Positions 35,417-45,312 of a stretch of 64,000 nt of DNA are shown here, piece after piece (position 1 is the first letter of the stretch; each line of letters starts with the position of its first letter). This DNA is from an uncultured SAR86 cluster bacterium (GTDB taxonomy: Bacteria > Pseudomonadota > Gammaproteobacteria > Magnimaribacterales > AG-339-G14), in contig CACILL010000001.1 in NCBI GenBank assembly GCA_902587545.1, forward strand, positions 396,022 to 460,021, given 5' to 3'. A program made the position numbers and the translations under genes. The notes below the pieces were generated by a model. That model did no database searches. It was given only the letters and a program-made list of their open reading frames with translations, and was not told the origin of the DNA.

Positions 35417-36850
35417 TTGAAGTATTCTAGTCCAGTGAATATTGTTTTGCTTCATAAAAATTTAAGAATTTCTGATAATTCTGCTTTGTATCATGGCTGT
35501 AATACTGACAAATCTTTGATCATATACGCATACGATAAAGACTATTGGAGTAACAATGGAAAATCAGAAAGACAATTTCAATTTTGTCTCGACTCTTTAG
35601 GAGAGTTAGATGAAAAACTCAATAAACTTAATAGAGATTTGTTCATCTTTGAGGGCGATCTTGATGAACTTGCTTTGTGGATAGACAAAAGCTTTCCTGA
35701 GTCTAAAATTTTTTTGAATCAATCAACCGACATTCATTATCACAGAAATCTTAAAGCGAAGTTCATTAGCAAGTTTGAAGACTCTGGAAGATTGTATGAA
35801 TTTGCAGATTTTGGAATTCAAACAAAAAATCACAACAGAGATGACTGGTCTTCAAATTGGCATAGGATAATGACTCAGAAAATATTACCACCTCCACAAA
35901 TTAACTATTCCTCAAAAATTAAGCCCAAAGATTTATTAGATTTTAAAGCATTTAAAAAAAAGCTATCTCTTGTAGATCCAAAAAATAATAGTTTTCAGCT
36001 TGGTGGCGAAGATAAAGCAAAAAAACTTCTTTCATCTTTTTTAGAAAAGCGGATGGATGGATATTCAATAAAAATGTCCAGTCCCGTTGAAGCTGAACAT
36101 TCTTGTTCTAGATTATCCCCACACATATCGTTTGGAACAATATCATTAAGAACTATTTTTCAAGAAGTTCAGAAAAGTATGAATAGCTCCCTTTTCAGAA
36201 AAGACCTTTACTCATTTAAAAAAAGGCTTCACTGGCATTGTCATTTTATTCAAAAGCTTGAAACCGAGCCTGAATTAGAATTCAAATCCATGCATCCAAT
36301 GTGTGATTCTTTGAGAGAGGAAGAGAATGATGAACTTATAGAGAAATGGATTGCAGGAGAAACAGGTTTTCCGTTCTTGGACGCTTGCATGGTTTTCTTG
36401 AAAGAAAAAGGTTGGATTAATTTTAGAATGCGAGCAATGATCATGTCTTTTGCCTCTTATAACTTGTGGCAGCCTTGGCAAAAAACTTCACCTCGTCTTG
36501 CTGAACTTTTTGTTGATTACGAACCAGGCATTCACATATGCCAAGTGCAAATGCAAAGTGGCGTAACGGGTATCAATCTCCCAAGAATATACTCAGTCTT
36601 AAAACAAAGTAGCGACCAAGATCCATCTGCAAAGTGGATTAAAGGCCAAATTAATTCTTTAAAAAATATAGAGCCAAAAAACATTCACGAAGCAGAATTA
36701 AATGAGATCTATCTTGAAAAAATAGTAGACCTGAAAGCTTCGGCAAAAAAAGCTCGAGAAACAATTTGGTCGGTAAGAAAAGGTTCTGACTTCAAGAAAA
36801 TTGCTAAAGACGTTTACCTGAAACACGGCAGCAGACTCAGAAGAGCTTAG
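35417..36850 (+). CDS. Cryptochrome/photolyase family (CPF) protein
   Basis: It has a TTG start. The N-terminal block LHKNLRISDNSAL matches the photolyase alpha/beta domain. The FAD-domain blocks are GETGFPFLDACMVFLKEKGWINFRMRAM and HWHCHFIQKLE. Confidence 0.8.
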   Translation: MKYSSPVNIVLLHKNLRISDNSALYHGCNTDKSLIIYAYDKDYWSNNGKSERQFQFCLDSLGELDEKLNKLNRDLFIFEGDLDELALWIDKSFPESKIFLNQSTDIHYHRNLKAKFISKFEDSGRLYEFADFGIQTKNHNRDDWSSNWHRIMTQKILPPPQINYSSKIKPKDLLDFKAFKKKLSLVDPKNNSFQLGGEDKAKKLLSSFLEKRMDGYSIKMSSPVEAEHSCSRLSPHISFGTISLRTIFQEVQKSMNSSLFRKDLYSFKKRLHWHCHFIQKLETEPELEFKSMHPMCDSLREEENDELIEKWIAGETGFPFLDACMVFLKEKGWINFRMRAMIMSFASYNLWQPWQKTSPRLAELFVDYEPGIHICQVQMQSGVTGINLPRIYSVLKQSSDQDPSAKWIKGQINSLKNIEPKNIHEAELNEIYLEKIVDLKASAKKARETIWSVRKGSDFKKIAKDVYLKHGSRLRRA

Positions 36851-36853
36851 CCT

Positions 36854-37225
36854 TTAGTCTAAGTCAATTGCATATTTCTTAAGAATCTCTAAATCAATAA
36901 TTTTTACAGACTTTCTATTTGTTCTTCTTAAAAAGATTTTAGGGGCCTTATCGTTCTCATAAGCTTCTTTCCAACGTTCTGCACAAACGCACCAGTGATC
37001 ACCCTCCTTTAGACCTGGAAAATTAAATTCTTCTCTTGGCGTAGAAAGATCGTTACCTCTTGATTTAGAAAATTCTAGAAAATCATCTGTTATGTATGCA
37101 CAAACAACATGCAAGCCCTGATCCAAATTATCGGTGTGACAAAATCCATCTCGAAAGAAACCAGTAATAGGATTTGAACAACATTCCTCTATTTCTTCTT
37201 CGAAAACATTGAATTGTTTTTCCAT
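36854..37225 (-). CDS. DUF2237 family protein
   Basis: It is 123 aa. The Cys/His pattern CCSNPITGFFRDGFCHT...GDHWCVCAERW matches my recollection of DUF2237. Confidence 0.7.
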   Translation of the reverse strand: MEKQFNVFEEEIEECCSNPITGFFRDGFCHTDNLDQGLHVVCAYITDDFLEFSKSRGNDLSTPREEFNFPGLKEGDHWCVCAERWKEAYENDKAPKIFLRRTNRKSVKIIDLEILKKYAIDLD

Positions 37226-37226
37226 T

Positions 37227-37613
37227 TTAGGTGACCACCAAAATTATGAGGCAGAGTATTAAAGTTAATAGAGTAAGTATTACACTCAACAAGTGCAGAT
37301 ACTTAAAACTTTTATCTCTGCCTTCATCCCTTGCTTTGTTTGTTGCCGGAACGATCAGATACGAAATACTCATAAATAAAAAAGAAATAAAAAAAAGTAT
37401 TTGAAGCGAAAGACGATCACCAATTACTGATAAGACAACTCCTATGAGACTGAGAACTGCTACATTTAAAAATAATTTTGGAAAAATAGCTCTTAGAAAG
37501 GGTCCGGCTTGTTCTTCAGAGTACACTTTAAAAATAGTAGGAGCATTTAAAGCAGCCTGAAATAAAATCATTCCAGCCATTAGGCCCGCAAGAAAAAGAT
37601 ATAAATTGTTCAT
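37227..37613 (-). CDS. 4-TM membrane protein, DUF4149/TMEM205-like
   Basis: It is 128 aa with four helices. The family assignment is from memory only. Confidence 0.5.
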   Translation of the reverse strand: MNNLYLFLAGLMAGMILFQAALNAPTIFKVYSEEQAGPFLRAIFPKLFLNVAVLSLIGVVLSVIGDRLSLQILFFISFLFMSISYLIVPATNKARDEGRDKSFKYLHLLSVILTLLTLILCLIILVVT

Positions 37614-37617
37614 AAAA

Positions 37618-38388
37618 TTACTCTTCTGTTAGTGATTTTGCCCATAAAGAAATATCTGGTACTTCTTGGGCGTCGAAAATAAATTCTTGGCCAGGGCCAA
37701 TATTTGTATCGACTAATAATTTTCTATTGTCTTTCCATTTTAGACGGTTTAAAAAAATATTACTCTTCTTCTTAGCAGCACTAGCAAAATATTTTTGGGG
37801 AAACTGCCACATAGATTTCTTGTGGTTAGGAGCGCTAAGCACTAGTTTTTTAGAAAATTTTTTGAATAAGCCAAAATTTTTTCTTGATACATAAATTGTA
37901 TTGTTTTTATATTTTCGATATTTTGGATCGTGTGGATGTGAAAGATTGTGTTTTTTTAAAAAATTAGAAATCTGTTTGTCACCTTCCAAGATTTCTTCAA
38001 TTTGTAACCAACCAAAAATTTTATGGATATCAATTTTTGGATTTTCTGTCTTTTTAAACCAGCCAAAAAATAAAAAAAGATCTCCTATACCTACATCATT
38101 ATTTTTAAGCTCAGATTGTGCACTACCCGCCTGTCCAAAAAGTCCAATTTTGTCGTTAAGGGCGGGATCATAATGGCAAAAGTCTTCTGAAGTTACCTGC
38201 GTGGCTGAAACTTCCTTCAAAGCTTGAGTTCCATTGATACCGTTGAATTTAAGCTCATGATATTTTTTTGGAGATTTTCCATTTTGAGGAATAGGAAGAG
38301 AGAAAATATCATCATTCTTAAATATGGGTGAAGGTCTACCTCCATATTTTGAATCAAATCCTTTTCTGCTTAAAATAACTCTTTTCAT
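37618..38388 (-). CDS. Conserved hypothetical protein, Nmad3-like (nucleotide-modification-associated domain 3) by N-terminal motif
   Basis: I placed the start at the internal Met (MKRVILSRKGFDS...), because the longer ORF to 38412 would overlap the divergent arsC-family start. The motif ILSRKGFDSKYGGRPSPIF...SLPIP matches the family N-terminus as I recall it. Confidence 0.5.
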   Translation of the reverse strand: MKRVILSRKGFDSKYGGRPSPIFKNDDIFSLPIPQNGKSPKKYHELKFNGINGTQALKEVSATQVTSEDFCHYDPALNDKIGLFGQAGSAQSELKNNDVGIGDLFLFFGWFKKTENPKIDIHKIFGWLQIEEILEGDKQISNFLKKHNLSHPHDPKYRKYKNNTIYVSRKNFGLFKKFSKKLVLSAPNHKKSMWQFPQKYFASAAKKKSNIFLNRLKWKDNRKLLVDTNIGPGQEFIFDAQEVPDISLWAKSLTEE

Positions 38389-38404
38389 AAAATGATTTGT
38401 AACT

Positions 38405-38755
38405 ATGGCCAAAGCTTTTCTTTTTCACAACCCTAGGTGCAGCAAGTCTAGACAAGCCCTAAATCTCCTTGAGCAAGAAAAAGAAAATTTTGAGGTTTTC
38501 ATGTATCTCGATGAGAAACTCGAAAAAGACTTTTTGAAAGAAATAATTCAAAAACTTGGTATCAGCCCAAGAGATCTTTTGAGGAGAGGAGAATCTGCAT
38601 ATAAAGAGAATAACTTAAAAGATTCTAATATTTCAGAAGAAGAAATCATTAATTTAATGATTGAATATCCCAAGCTGATTGAAAGACCAATTTATGTAAA
38701 AGGGTCTAAAGCTATAGTTGGCAGGCCGCCAGAGAATGTTTTGAAGATTATCTAA
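38405..38755 (+). CDS. ArsC-family (arsenate reductase/Spx-like fold) protein
   Basis: It has the active-site region HNPRCSKSRQAL, a C-terminal LIERPI motif, and a length of 116 aa. Confidence 0.8.
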   Translation: MAKAFLFHNPRCSKSRQALNLLEQEKENFEVFMYLDEKLEKDFLKEIIQKLGISPRDLLRRGESAYKENNLKDSNISEEEIINLMIEYPKLIERPIYVKGSKAIVGRPPENVLKII

Positions 38756-39634
38756 TTAATCTCTCAAAAGTTTTCTAGGTTTAAAAATATTTGTTAGTCC
38801 TATACCAATTAAAATACACAAAGAGCCAAGTATCACCTTCTGATCTATATTCTCATTTAAAAATATTGCCCCCCAGAAAATTCCTGTTATGGGTACCAAG
38901 AAAATTATCGAAGAGGCTTGAACTGGAGAGGATCTTTGTAACAAAACAACGTAAGCGATAAATGAGATGCCCGTTGAAACCAGGCCAAGGAATAAGGTTG
39001 CTAAATAAGTTTTTAGTGACAGATCAAATGAAAAAGATTGTGGCTCGGACAGAAATAAAGGAATTGAAAAAACAAAACCTGACAGCATAGTTGCAGAAGC
39101 AAGAGCTGATGAATTTATATGGTTCAATTTAAATAAGACATTGTTTGAATATGCATAACAAAAAGCGCCAATTAGACATAAAGTTACTGGGAAAAATACT
39201 ACTCTAATCTCATCAAGTCCTATAAAAATTAAAAGACCAATAAAGCCTGCTAGAAGACCAATTACTTGGAGGAAGGTGGTATTTTGTCTAAAAAGTAAGA
39301 TTGCAATAATTAGTGCAAATAAAGGTGAAGTTCCATTTAATATAGAAAGCATGCCAGCAGTAAGCTCTTGAGCAGACCAAGCAAAAAGAAAGAAAGGCAA
39401 GGCGGCATTTATTATTCCAAGCAAAATCAAAGAAGGGATCACTCTAGACATTTTTAATAATTCTTCCTTATTAACGAACAAAGGTCCTAATAGAAGAGAA
39501 GCCAATAAGAGCCTTATTGATACTAAGTGAGACGGAGAAATTTCTTCTACTACTAAGCGTGTAAACATAAAAGAAGCTCCCCAGCTAAGACTCACAAATA
39601 AAACCAGCAGCCAATTGATAATTGTTGTCTTCAT
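38756..39634 (-). CDS. EamA/DMT superfamily transporter
   Basis: It has 10 TM helices arranged as two EamA-like halves. Confidence 0.8.
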   Translation of the reverse strand: MKTTIINWLLVLFVSLSWGASFMFTRLVVEEISPSHLVSIRLLLASLLLGPLFVNKEELLKMSRVIPSLILLGIINAALPFFLFAWSAQELTAGMLSILNGTSPLFALIIAILLFRQNTTFLQVIGLLAGFIGLLIFIGLDEIRVVFFPVTLCLIGAFCYAYSNNVLFKLNHINSSALASATMLSGFVFSIPLFLSEPQSFSFDLSLKTYLATLFLGLVSTGISFIAYVVLLQRSSPVQASSIIFLVPITGIFWGAIFLNENIDQKVILGSLCILIGIGLTNIFKPRKLLRD

Positions 39635-39655
39635 GATTGCCTAAGCTTTTCCGAA

Positions 39656-40516
39656 CTAATTCAAAGCTTCTTTTTCGTGAGTGGTTGGTGGGCCAAAAAA
39701 ATGGTCTATAGCTTGTCTCAAGCTTGAAGCTTTTTTCATATCAAAAAATATTTTATTCCAGCCCATAAATGTTATTTTAATTGGGTTAAAGGTATTTACA
39801 TTATTCACAAGACCATAATTCACAGGACTTTCTTCAGGCTGAAAAGTACCAAACAAGCGATCCCAGATAATAAGTAAGTTTCCATAATTTTTATCTATGT
39901 ATTCTGGGTTTGAGCCATGATGAACTCTATGGTGGGAAGGAGTATTGAAAAGCCATTCTAAGGGGCCTAACTTGCCAATAATTTGAGTATGTCCCACTAC
40001 TCCCCATAAGGTACTTATGACTCCTGCTACTGCAATCATTAAAGGGTCTAAACCTAAAATTGGTAACACCATAAAAAAAGGTACTTTTGAAATTGGGCCA
40101 AACCAAGCTTGTCTGAAGGAAACTGCAAAATTCATTTCTTCGCTGGAATGATGACTCATATGAATTGCCCAAAGAAATCTAACCCGATGAGAAAGCCTAT
40201 GGTAAATATAAAATACTAAGTCTATTAAAACGAAAGTTAAGATCCATAAAACCCAATTTGGCAAGATAGTTACTAAATCAACAATTCGAAACTGATATAA
40301 AAAGAAATGAAACCCAACAACGGATCCTTTGATAGCAAATCCCATTAAGATATTTCCAAAGAGAAGCCCTGAGGTACACCAAGTATCGCCAGAGTTGTAG
40401 TAATTCTTGTTTTGCCAGTTTGAAATCAAGACCTCAAATAAAATAAGGGCCAATATAATTGGAACGCCAAAGGCATAAACATCTGTGATGGTGAGTTCTG
40501 TCATTTTTCGAAACAT
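39656..40516 (-). CDS. Fatty acid hydroxylase / sterol desaturase family protein (short paralog)
   Basis: His boxes are HRLSHR, HMSHHSSEEMN and HRVHHGSN. Confidence 0.8.
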   Translation of the reverse strand: MFRKMTELTITDVYAFGVPIILALILFEVLISNWQNKNYYNSGDTWCTSGLLFGNILMGFAIKGSVVGFHFFLYQFRIVDLVTILPNWVLWILTFVLIDLVFYIYHRLSHRVRFLWAIHMSHHSSEEMNFAVSFRQAWFGPISKVPFFMVLPILGLDPLMIAVAGVISTLWGVVGHTQIIGKLGPLEWLFNTPSHHRVHHGSNPEYIDKNYGNLLIIWDRLFGTFQPEESPVNYGLVNNVNTFNPIKITFMGWNKIFFDMKKASSLRQAIDHFFGPPTTHEKEALN

Positions 40517-40594
40517 TATATAGTCAGTTAAATCAATATTCTTGTTTTCTAAAAACTTCTGGTTTAAATTGCCCCATCTAAAAAAAAGAAGTCA

Positions 40595-41569
40595 ATGAAA
40601 ATAGTAGTCGATAGCCTGATAAGCAAACTTTATGAGTCGGAAATTCTAGAGCTTGATCCTAATATGGAAATTATTGTGCTGAACCCTGAGGATCATACAA
40701 ATCCTGCTTGGGGAGATGTTCCGGAGGTCGATGCCTTGTTTTTGTCTTATCAATTTCTTTTTGCGGTGCGAGACCACAAACATCTTTTCGAGCCTATGAT
40801 GGACGTTGCGAAAAAAGCTAAATTCATCCAAAGCGGATATTCAGGAATGGATGATCCTTTTTTGCAAGCAGTCTTGAAAGAAACGAGCGCAATTGTTGCA
40901 AATGCAAGCAGCATATATGGCAAACCTATGGCCAATTATGTTTTAGCGCAAATGTTGAGATGGAACAAAAGAATTGATCTTCATATTGAACTTCAAAAGG
41001 AAAAAAAATGGATGCCAAATGGAGGAGACGGGGAATTAACGAATAAGAATTTAGTCATTTATGGATATGGCGGTATAGGAAAAGAAATTGCTCGAATTGC
41101 GAAGTCATTTGAAATGAACGTTACTGGCATTAGAAGATCGGCTGTTGCTTGTGAATTTGCTGACGAAGTCAAAACCCCAGAAGACTTAATGGATATGTTG
41201 CCTTTTGCAGATTTTCTTGTAACGGTATTACCGGATAGCGAACTTACTAGGAATGTAATCGACAAAAAAGTTTTCAAACAAATGAATCCGCAAAGTATGT
41301 TCATTAATGTCGGTCGAGGCAGCGCTGTAAATGAAGCAGATCTTGCAGAAGCATTAAATACAGGTGAAATTGCTGCTGCAGCTTTGGATACCACAAGAAA
41401 AGAACCTCTAGAGGAAGAGTCCCCCCTATGGGAGGCAAAAAATTGTTACATTACTCCTCACGATTCTGCTCATTCTTTAATGTCTCTGCCGAGATCTTTT
41501 AATCTTTTCCTTGAGAATGTCGCTAATTTAAAAGATGGCAAACCGATAAAAAATCTATTTGAGCTGTAA
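40595..41569 (+). CDS. D-isomer-specific 2-hydroxyacid dehydrogenase family protein
   Basis: It has the NAD motif YGYGGIGKEIA, plus NVGRGSAV and the catalytic region ITPHDS. Confidence 0.8.
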   Translation: MKIVVDSLISKLYESEILELDPNMEIIVLNPEDHTNPAWGDVPEVDALFLSYQFLFAVRDHKHLFEPMMDVAKKAKFIQSGYSGMDDPFLQAVLKETSAIVANASSIYGKPMANYVLAQMLRWNKRIDLHIELQKEKKWMPNGGDGELTNKNLVIYGYGGIGKEIARIAKSFEMNVTGIRRSAVACEFADEVKTPEDLMDMLPFADFLVTVLPDSELTRNVIDKKVFKQMNPQSMFINVGRGSAVNEADLAEALNTGEIAAAALDTTRKEPLEEESPLWEAKNCYITPHDSAHSLMSLPRSFNLFLENVANLKDGKPIKNLFEL

Positions 41570-41572
41570 AAA

Positions 41573-42685
41573 ATGAAAATAAATCTTCTTGGCATGTCTT
41601 TAGATGCCATGGAAAAATTTTTCGTATCCTTAGGAGAAAAGCCTTATCGAGCAAGGCAAGTTTTTCAATGGATTCATCAAAAAGGAATCTCAAACTATGA
41701 TGGGATGAGCAATCTATCAAAGAACCTTAAAAGTATTTTAGAGGAAAAAACAGAAATTAAGCCTCCAGAAATTGTTTATGAGAAAGATTCCAAAGATGGC
41801 ACTCGTAAATGGGTTTTAAGCGTTGGAGAAGGTGATTTAGTTGAGATGGTTTTAATTCCAGAGGGTAAAAGAGCAACTTTATGTGTTTCCTCTCAAGTGG
41901 GCTGCGCTGTTGACTGTAGTTTTTGTGCAACCGGCAAACAAGGTTTTTCAAGAAACTTATCGACAGCAGAAATCATAGGGCAAGTTTGGGTAGCAGAAAA
42001 TTCTTTTGGAATTCCCAGGGATCATGGCTCAAAGAACGTAACAAATGTTGTGATGATGGGTATGGGAGAGCCTTTGCTGAATTTCGAACCAGTAACTGAG
42101 GCTATGAACTTGATGATGCATGATAAAGCATATGGACTATCCAAAAGAAAGGTTACTTTAAGTACCTCTGGATTGGTGCCGATGATAGATAAGCTTTCTG
42201 AGGTAACCGATGCAGCATTGACCATTTCCCTTCATGCTCCCAATGACAAATTACGTAATGATCTGGTGCCCTTAAATAAAAAATATCCAATTAAAAAGCT
42301 ATTAGAGGCTGTAATGCGTTATGTTGAAAAATGTGGCGATCAAAGAAAAACTACTATGGAATATATTTTAATTAATAAAGTTAACGACTCTATTGATGAC
42401 GCAAAAGAATTGGCAAAAATATTAAGAGATGTCCCAAGCAAGATTAATTTGATTCCCTTCAATCCATTTCCGGGAACAGAATACAAAAGACCTTCCAACA
42501 TGCGAGTGGAAACTTTCAAAAAAATTCTTCAAAAAGAAGGTTATATCACAACTGTTAGAACCACTAGAGGAGAAGACATCATGGCAGCATGTGGTCAACT
42601 GGTTGGAAAAGTAAATGATAAAACCAGACGTAAAGAGAGATCTCAAAACAAAGGAAAGCGAATTGCTACTAGGCTAATTAGTTAG
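41573..42685 (+). CDS. rlmN: 23S rRNA/tRNA adenine-C2 methyltransferase (radical SAM)
   Basis: It has the radical-SAM cluster motif CAVDCSFCATG, N-terminal RARQVFQWIH and C-terminal DIMAACGQL. Confidence 0.9.
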   Translation: MKINLLGMSLDAMEKFFVSLGEKPYRARQVFQWIHQKGISNYDGMSNLSKNLKSILEEKTEIKPPEIVYEKDSKDGTRKWVLSVGEGDLVEMVLIPEGKRATLCVSSQVGCAVDCSFCATGKQGFSRNLSTAEIIGQVWVAENSFGIPRDHGSKNVTNVVMMGMGEPLLNFEPVTEAMNLMMHDKAYGLSKRKVTLSTSGLVPMIDKLSEVTDAALTISLHAPNDKLRNDLVPLNKKYPIKKLLEAVMRYVEKCGDQRKTTMEYILINKVNDSIDDAKELAKILRDVPSKINLIPFNPFPGTEYKRPSNMRVETFKKILQKEGYITTVRTTRGEDIMAACGQLVGKVNDKTRRKERSQNKGKRIATRLIS

Positions 42686-43426
42686 ATTGTCTGAAGGTTT
42701 TTTTTGACGATTTTTACGAAAGATAAAAAATGCTACTGGTATGCCAATAATATAAAAGATCCCAACCACAGAGAGAAACTGCCATAAAAAATTTATCATA
42801 AGTAAAACTAAAACTACGAAACCGACAAAAAACCTCAAAAAAAACTTCCTATTAACAGTGATGTTTAACTCTTTTAGTGAAAATGTTGGAATTTTGCTGA
42901 CCATCAGTAAGCCAACTAGGCTAGTGTATATTGCAACCACCTCAGGATTTTCTATACCCCAATTGAAACCAAGAAAAGAATGAATCAAGGGCAGCAAAAT
43001 CAGCCCTGCACCTGATGGCGTGGGAACTCCCAAAAAATAACCTTGTTTTTGGGCATCCTCTGTTGGCGGTAAGTTTAAGTTGAATATTGCAAGCCTTAAA
43101 CAAGCAAAAACAATAAAGGCAGTAACGGCAAGATATCCCCAAATAGCCAATTCTTCGAGAATTCCAAAATAAACTAAAATTCCAGGTGCCACACCAAAAC
43201 TCAAAAAATCAGCCAAAGAATCAAGTTCAGCTCCTAAGTCTGATTGAGTTTTTAAGAGCCTAGAAAATAATCCATCTAAGACATCGCAGATTGCTGCAAT
43301 AAGAATGCATACAACTGCAGCTTTAAAATCCTCTAAAACTGCAAACCTTATAGAACTTAGACCAAAACAAAGTCCGGTTAAAGTTATTAGGTTTGGAATA
43401 AAATTCTTGATACTTCTTTCAGACAT
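42674..43426 (-). CDS. pssA: CDP-diacylglycerol--serine O-phosphatidyltransferase
   Basis: It has the CDP-alcohol phosphatidyltransferase motif DGLFSRLLKTQSDLGAELDSLAD and lies upstream of psd. Confidence 0.85.
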   Translation of the reverse strand: MSERSIKNFIPNLITLTGLCFGLSSIRFAVLEDFKAAVVCILIAAICDVLDGLFSRLLKTQSDLGAELDSLADFLSFGVAPGILVYFGILEELAIWGYLAVTAFIVFACLRLAIFNLNLPPTEDAQKQGYFLGVPTPSGAGLILLPLIHSFLGFNWGIENPEVVAIYTSLVGLLMVSKIPTFSLKELNITVNRKFFLRFFVGFVVLVLLMINFLWQFLSVVGIFYIIGIPVAFFIFRKNRQKKPSDNLTN

Positions 43427-43431
43427 AATTA

Positions 43432-44220
43432 TTAACTCGCAATGATGCTCTCTCCAGCAATGACCTTTTGTCCCAGTTCTACTTTTGGATCGTAATTGGA
43501 AGGTAGATAGACATCAACTCGCGATCCAAACCTTATGAGGCCAAATCTTTCGCCAATCTTCAGAGAATCAAAAAGGTTTACAAAAGAAAGGATTCTTCTC
43601 GCAATGAGCCCTGCTATTTGGACGACAATAATTTCTTCATTTTTATTATTTTCTAGCACAAGAATATTACGCTCATTGTGTTCGCTTGCTTTATCTAAGC
43701 TGGCGTTTATAAATTTTCCAGGAACATAAATTATGTCTTTAATGTTGCCTGCAACAGGAGCTCTGTTTACATGGACATTGAAAACGTTCATGAAAACCGA
43801 GATTTTTAATAATTCTTCAGAGCTTTTTAACTCTTTAGGCGGGAGGGTTTTTTCTATCTTGCAGATAACGCCATCTGCTGGAGAAATAATACCTGCTTCG
43901 GATAAAGGAACCGCTCTTTCTGGATCTCTAAAAAACCATAAAACGAAGATCGTTAAAAGGAAGCCTAGAATCCCCAAAGGAAAGTAAAAAAAGCCCAACA
44001 AAGAAGAAAGTGCAATGAATATCAAAAAAAATTTATAACCTTCAGGATGAACGCGCTCAAGAGACAACCAAAAAATAACTACTCCCATACAAGAAATCAA
44101 AAGGTTTTGTAAACTAGAAAAAGCGACAAATCCAGTCAGCTCGCCTATAAAGCTTGAGATCGCTCCAGCAGCAATAAAAAGCAGTCCAAAAACCATCAAT
44201 AGTTTTCTTAAAATTCTCAT
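43432..44220 (-). CDS. psd: Phosphatidylserine decarboxylase proenzyme (short, membrane-anchored type)
   Basis: N-terminal TM helices are followed by the self-cleavage region LIRFGSRVDVYLP. Confidence 0.8.
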   Translation of the reverse strand: MRILRKLLMVFGLLFIAAGAISSFIGELTGFVAFSSLQNLLISCMGVVIFWLSLERVHPEGYKFFLIFIALSSLLGFFYFPLGILGFLLTIFVLWFFRDPERAVPLSEAGIISPADGVICKIEKTLPPKELKSSEELLKISVFMNVFNVHVNRAPVAGNIKDIIYVPGKFINASLDKASEHNERNILVLENNKNEEIIVVQIAGLIARRILSFVNLFDSLKIGERFGLIRFGSRVDVYLPSNYDPKVELGQKVIAGESIIAS

Positions 44221-44321
44221 CGGAGGGAGAATTATACATATCTAAAATGTTTTAAATAAATTTCTCTATGTTTTAGATTCAATAAGATTACAATATCGCT
44301 TCAAAATGCAAACTAATTTCC

Positions 44322-45302
44322 ATGCAAAAAAAATTAATATTTCTTATCTTGTTTTCCAGTCTTCTAATGTCTGACGAGAGATTTAAAAATACCAACAACA
44401 TGCCAAATTTAAAAAGTTTTGGAGATTTTTTGAAGTGGAGCTTCAATAGAAAAAGACCAACCCCAATAAAAATAGAGTCATCAGATGAATGGAAAAACTT
44501 TTCTGATTATAAAGAAAACTATTTAATTTGGATCGGGCACTCCACTTTTTTAATCAATATAGAAGGGACGATTATCTTAACTGATCCAGTTTTCTCTGAT
44601 CGGGCTTCTCCAGTGAAGATAGCTGGCCCAAAAAGAATTATCCCTCCAGCCATGCAAATTACAGACTTGCCTGAAATAGACGTAGTTACGGTAAGTCATA
44701 ATCATTACGATCACTTGGATATCCCTTCATTAAAAAAACTTTCAAAAAAAAATCCAAAAACTTTGTTTCTAGTTCCGAAAGGAGACCAAAAATTATTAAA
44801 TCGAAAGGGTATTAAAAATACTAGAGAATTTTTGTGGTGGGAAAATATTGAAATTAAAGGAACTAAATTTACCTTCACTCCTACTCAACATTGGTCGGCT
44901 AGAGGTTTAGCAGATAGAAACAAAAGCCTCTGGGGCGGATGGTTCATGTCCTTTCCAAATTTTAAAAGCTTTCATGCAGGAGATTCGGGTTACTCTAAAG
45001 ATTTCCAAGATACACAAGCAAAACTGGGCAAACCCGATCTGTCTTTAATACCAATAGGAGCGTATGCGCCTAGGTGGTTCATGAAAGCAAATCATGTAAA
45101 CCCTGAAGAAGCTTTGCAGGTTGCCCTAGATTTAGGGTCTAAAAAAAATTACGCCATGCACTGGGGTACCTTCTCATTAACTGATGAAGAAACTTTGGAG
45201 CCACCAACTTTATTGCAAAAAGCCTTGACAAAAAAAGGACTTCCCAACTCCTTTTTTGAAATTTTAAAACCTGGACAAATAAAAAAAGTTACACTCAATT
45301 AG
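44322..45302 (+). CDS. MBL-fold metallo-hydrolase (NAPE-PLD-like) with signal peptide
   Basis: It has the canonical HxHxDH motif in VSHNHYDHLD and a downstream GDSGY block. Confidence 0.75.
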   Translation: MQKKLIFLILFSSLLMSDERFKNTNNMPNLKSFGDFLKWSFNRKRPTPIKIESSDEWKNFSDYKENYLIWIGHSTFLINIEGTIILTDPVFSDRASPVKIAGPKRIIPPAMQITDLPEIDVVTVSHNHYDHLDIPSLKKLSKKNPKTLFLVPKGDQKLLNRKGIKNTREFLWWENIEIKGTKFTFTPTQHWSARGLADRNKSLWGGWFMSFPNFKSFHAGDSGYSKDFQDTQAKLGKPDLSLIPIGAYAPRWFMKANHVNPEEALQVALDLGSKKNYAMHWGTFSLTDEETLEPPTLLQKALTKKGLPNSFFEILKPGQIKKVTLN

Positions 45303-45312
45303 GAGATGAAAT

